Shown here piece by piece: positions 25,931 through 27,954 of a stretch of 27,954 bases of DNA. The DNA is from Rikenellaceae bacterium (lineage in GTDB: Bacteria > Bacteroidota > Bacteroidia > Bacteroidales > Rikenellaceae), in assembly GCA_020859875.1 (NCBI GenBank), contig JAJBVJ010000184.1, positions 1 to 27,954 of the forward strand. The letters are read 5' to 3'. Each line of letters opens with the position of its first letter. Positions within the stretch are counted from its first letter, which is position 1. Position numbers and translations under genes: made by a program. A model generated the notes under the pieces. That model was given only the letters and a program-made list of their open reading frames with translations. It ran no database searches and was not told the origin of the DNA.

Positions 25931-26563
25931 ATGAAAAAAACAATATTGATCTCCGCGGTTTTAATGGCACTGGCATTATCGACCCAGGCCCGCGGGGGAA
26001 TTTTCGATTTCGGGGTAAAGGGCGGAGTGACTACTCCGCGCATCAATTTCTCGAATACGGCAAAGTATGACAATTACGGCCTGTCGTCCAGCAACCGCGG
26101 GGGCTACCATCTCGGTATGGTATCGAGGATAAATCTTCCCATGCTGCATATTCAGCCCGAGATTTTGTTTTCAAATACGGGATACCGTCTGAGCGGCACG
26201 ATCATTCAGGGCGGAAACTCGGAGAGTTCCAAATCCATCGTCAGGGTTCGCAACCTCGATGTCCCGGTTCTTGTGGGAATGAGAATGATGTGGCTTCGAT
26301 TACAGGCGGGGCCCATGTTTACGGTTATGACCGATACCAACACGAAGGACAAGGGTGTAATCCGCGAGGTCACTGTCACCATGCCGTCGGTCTCCTATCT
26401 GCTGGGGGTGGGGGTAGACATTCGCAGGTTCAGTTTCGACGTACGCTTCAACGGCAATTTCGCAAAGACCACGCAGGATATTGTCTTTCGGACAAACGAC
26501 CCCGCACAAACATACAAAAGCAAAAATAAATACTGGACATTCAGCGTCGGTTATATGTTCTGA
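25931..26563 (+). CDS. Outer membrane beta-barrel protein (porin/PorT-like family)
   Basis: Signal peptide MKKTILISAVLMALALSTQA, FGVKGG, IQPEILFS, LDVPVLVG, C-terminal FSVGYMF. Confidence 0.85.
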   Translation: MKKTILISAVLMALALSTQARGGIFDFGVKGGVTTPRINFSNTAKYDNYGLSSSNRGGYHLGMVSRINLPMLHIQPEILFSNTGYRLSGTIIQGGNSESSKSIVRVRNLDVPVLVGMRMMWLRLQAGPMFTVMTDTNTKDKGVIREVTVTMPSVSYLLGVGVDIRRFSFDVRFNGNFAKTTQDIVFRTNDPAQTYKSKNKYWTFSVGYMF

Positions 26564-26597
26564 GCCGGTTTTGCATAAGTATTGCCAGTGGTATCGT

Positions 26598-27623
26598 ATG
26601 ACGGAAAAAAAGATCGAGCTCGAAGGGATAGACCCCCGGGAATTCTACGGGGCGGCAAATGCAAACCTCTCACATATATCCTCGCTGTATCCCAAATTAC
26701 GCCTTGTGGCCAGGGGTTCCGCAATTAAGGTCATAGGAGAGAAAAAGGAGACGGAAGCCTTCTCCGAAAGGTTCGAGGCCCTTCTGAAATACTATTCCAA
26801 ATACGGGCATATATCCCCGGAGGTTATCGACCGGATGCTCCGCGACGGCAAGAACGGAGAGCCCCCGGTGGAAGGAATCGAGGACATTATTCTCTACGGG
26901 AATAACGGGAATGTGATCCGGGCCCGCACCGCCAACCAGAAGAAACTCGTAAAAGAGTACGATACAAAAGACCTGCTGTTCGCCATCGGGCCTGCGGGTT
27001 CGGGAAAGACATATACTGCAATAGCTCTTGCCGTAAGGGCGCTGAAGAACAAGGAAGTAAAGAGAATTATACTCACCCGGCCGGCCGTGGAGGCGGGCGA
27101 GAAGCTGGGGTTCCTGCCCGGAGATATGAAAGAAAAGCTCGATCCCTATCTCCAGCCGCTGTACGATGCACTCAACGATATGATACCGGCGGCAAAGCTG
27201 GCTAAATTCGTCGAGGAGGGCGTCGTCCAGATTGCGCCGCTGGCATATATGAGAGGGCGCACGCTCGACAACGCTTTCGTAATCCTCGACGAGGCCCAGA
27301 ACACCACCCTGCCGCAGATAAAGATGTTTCTGACCCGGATGGGAAAGAACGCCAAATTCATAGTGACGGGAGATATAACCCAAATCGACCTCCCCCGGCC
27401 TTCCGATTCGGGATTGACCCGGGCCCTCGAACTGGTAAGACCGATAAAGGGAATAAGCGCCATAATGTTCGACAAAAGCGACATTGTGCGCCATCCGCTA
27501 GTTAAGGAGATTGTCGAGGTCTTCGATAAATATGCCGCGAAACTGCTCCGTGAAAGCGAGCAACGTCGCGCGGCAGACCAAATACCGGGCAAGCCCGCAA
27601 AAATAACCCATAACGAAAAATAA
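26598..27623 (+). CDS. phoH: PhoH-like ATPase
   Basis: [63 protein letters not shown]. Start at ATG 26598. Confidence 0.95.
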   Translation: MTEKKIELEGIDPREFYGAANANLSHISSLYPKLRLVARGSAIKVIGEKKETEAFSERFEALLKYYSKYGHISPEVIDRMLRDGKNGEPPVEGIEDIILYGNNGNVIRARTANQKKLVKEYDTKDLLFAIGPAGSGKTYTAIALAVRALKNKEVKRIILTRPAVEAGEKLGFLPGDMKEKLDPYLQPLYDALNDMIPAAKLAKFVEEGVVQIAPLAYMRGRTLDNAFVILDEAQNTTLPQIKMFLTRMGKNAKFIVTGDITQIDLPRPSDSGLTRALELVRPIKGISAIMFDKSDIVRHPLVKEIVEVFDKYAAKLLRESEQRRAADQIPGKPAKITHNEK

Positions 27624-27625
27624 AA

Positions 27626-27954
27626 ATGATGACCGGTTCAGTCACAAGCACCGATTTCAAGTTCGAAGGACAGCAGAGCCTCTATAAGGGAAAAGTCAGG
27701 GACGTTTACGACATCGACGGTAAGTTGTTGGTAATGGTAGCCACAGACCGTATCTCGGCATTCGACGTTGTACTTCCCCGCGGCATACCTTTCAAAGGCC
27801 AGGTTCTAAATCAGATAGCTTCCAAGTTCCTCGATGCGACGGCAGATATTTGTCCCAACTGGAAGATCGCCTGCCCCGACCCTATGGTAACCGTAGGCCG
27901 CCGGTGCGACCCCTTCCCGGTGGAGATGATAGTGCGTGGTTACCTTACGGGGAG
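27626..27954 (+). CDS. purC: SAICAR synthetase, 3'-truncated by window edge
   Basis: Manual translation: [28 protein letters not shown]...[26 protein letters not shown]...[10 protein letters not shown]. Confidence 0.95.
   Translation, partial: MMTGSVTSTDFKFEGQQSLYKGKVRDVYDIDGKLLVMVATDRISAFDVVLPRGIPFKGQVLNQIASKFLDATADICPNWKIACPDPMVTVGRRCDPFPVEMIVRGYLTG

Noticed and set aside
25874-26597. ORF-track starts at 25874 (beta-barrel) and 26481 (phoH)
   Set aside because: The extensions cross a promoter or the upstream gene. ATG 25931 gives a proper signal peptide and ATG 26598 a typical PhoH start.
138-27592. Numerous long antisense or alternate-frame ORFs in the track (e.g. 11492-12241, 12826-13506, 9701-10231, 26697-27494)
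   Set aside because: They overlap well-supported genes, lack recognisable motifs, and are expected as shadow ORFs at this GC content.

Overview
Chromosomal window of an anaerobic Bacteroidota. The evidence is recurring TAnnTTTG promoter motifs, lipoprotein signals and type V pilins; the protein style suggests Rikenellaceae/Alistipes-like, which is an inference. From left to right: the 3' end of a V-type ATPase operon (D partial, I, K), holA, a D-Ala-D-Ala dipeptidase, a hydrogen/oxygen metabolism block (phosphatase-less HfsC-like domain, 2Fe-2S ferredoxin, group B-like [FeFe]-hydrogenase, flavodiiron protein, hotdog thioesterase), two divergent nitroreductases and a fructosamine kinase-like gene. 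Next is a four-gene type V (Mfa-like) pilus operon: the major pilin is split by a single-base frameshift, and the putative tip pilin ends in a C-type-lectin-like domain. After that come a GNAT, a minus-strand envelope/ribosome operon (GT2, LpxL-like, SuhB, RsmI, conserved hypothetical), and a NYN plus cold-shock-domain gene. A 4 x 75-76 bp structured tandem repeat array follows, and its last copy supplies the promoter motif of ychF. The window ends with gltX, an outer-membrane beta-barrel, phoH and the start of purC. No rRNA, tRNA, CRISPR array, transposase, integrase or reverse transcriptase was seen. The best leads are the repeat array, the pilus locus and the reduced hydrogenase module. All family assignments come from motif recognition, not database searches.
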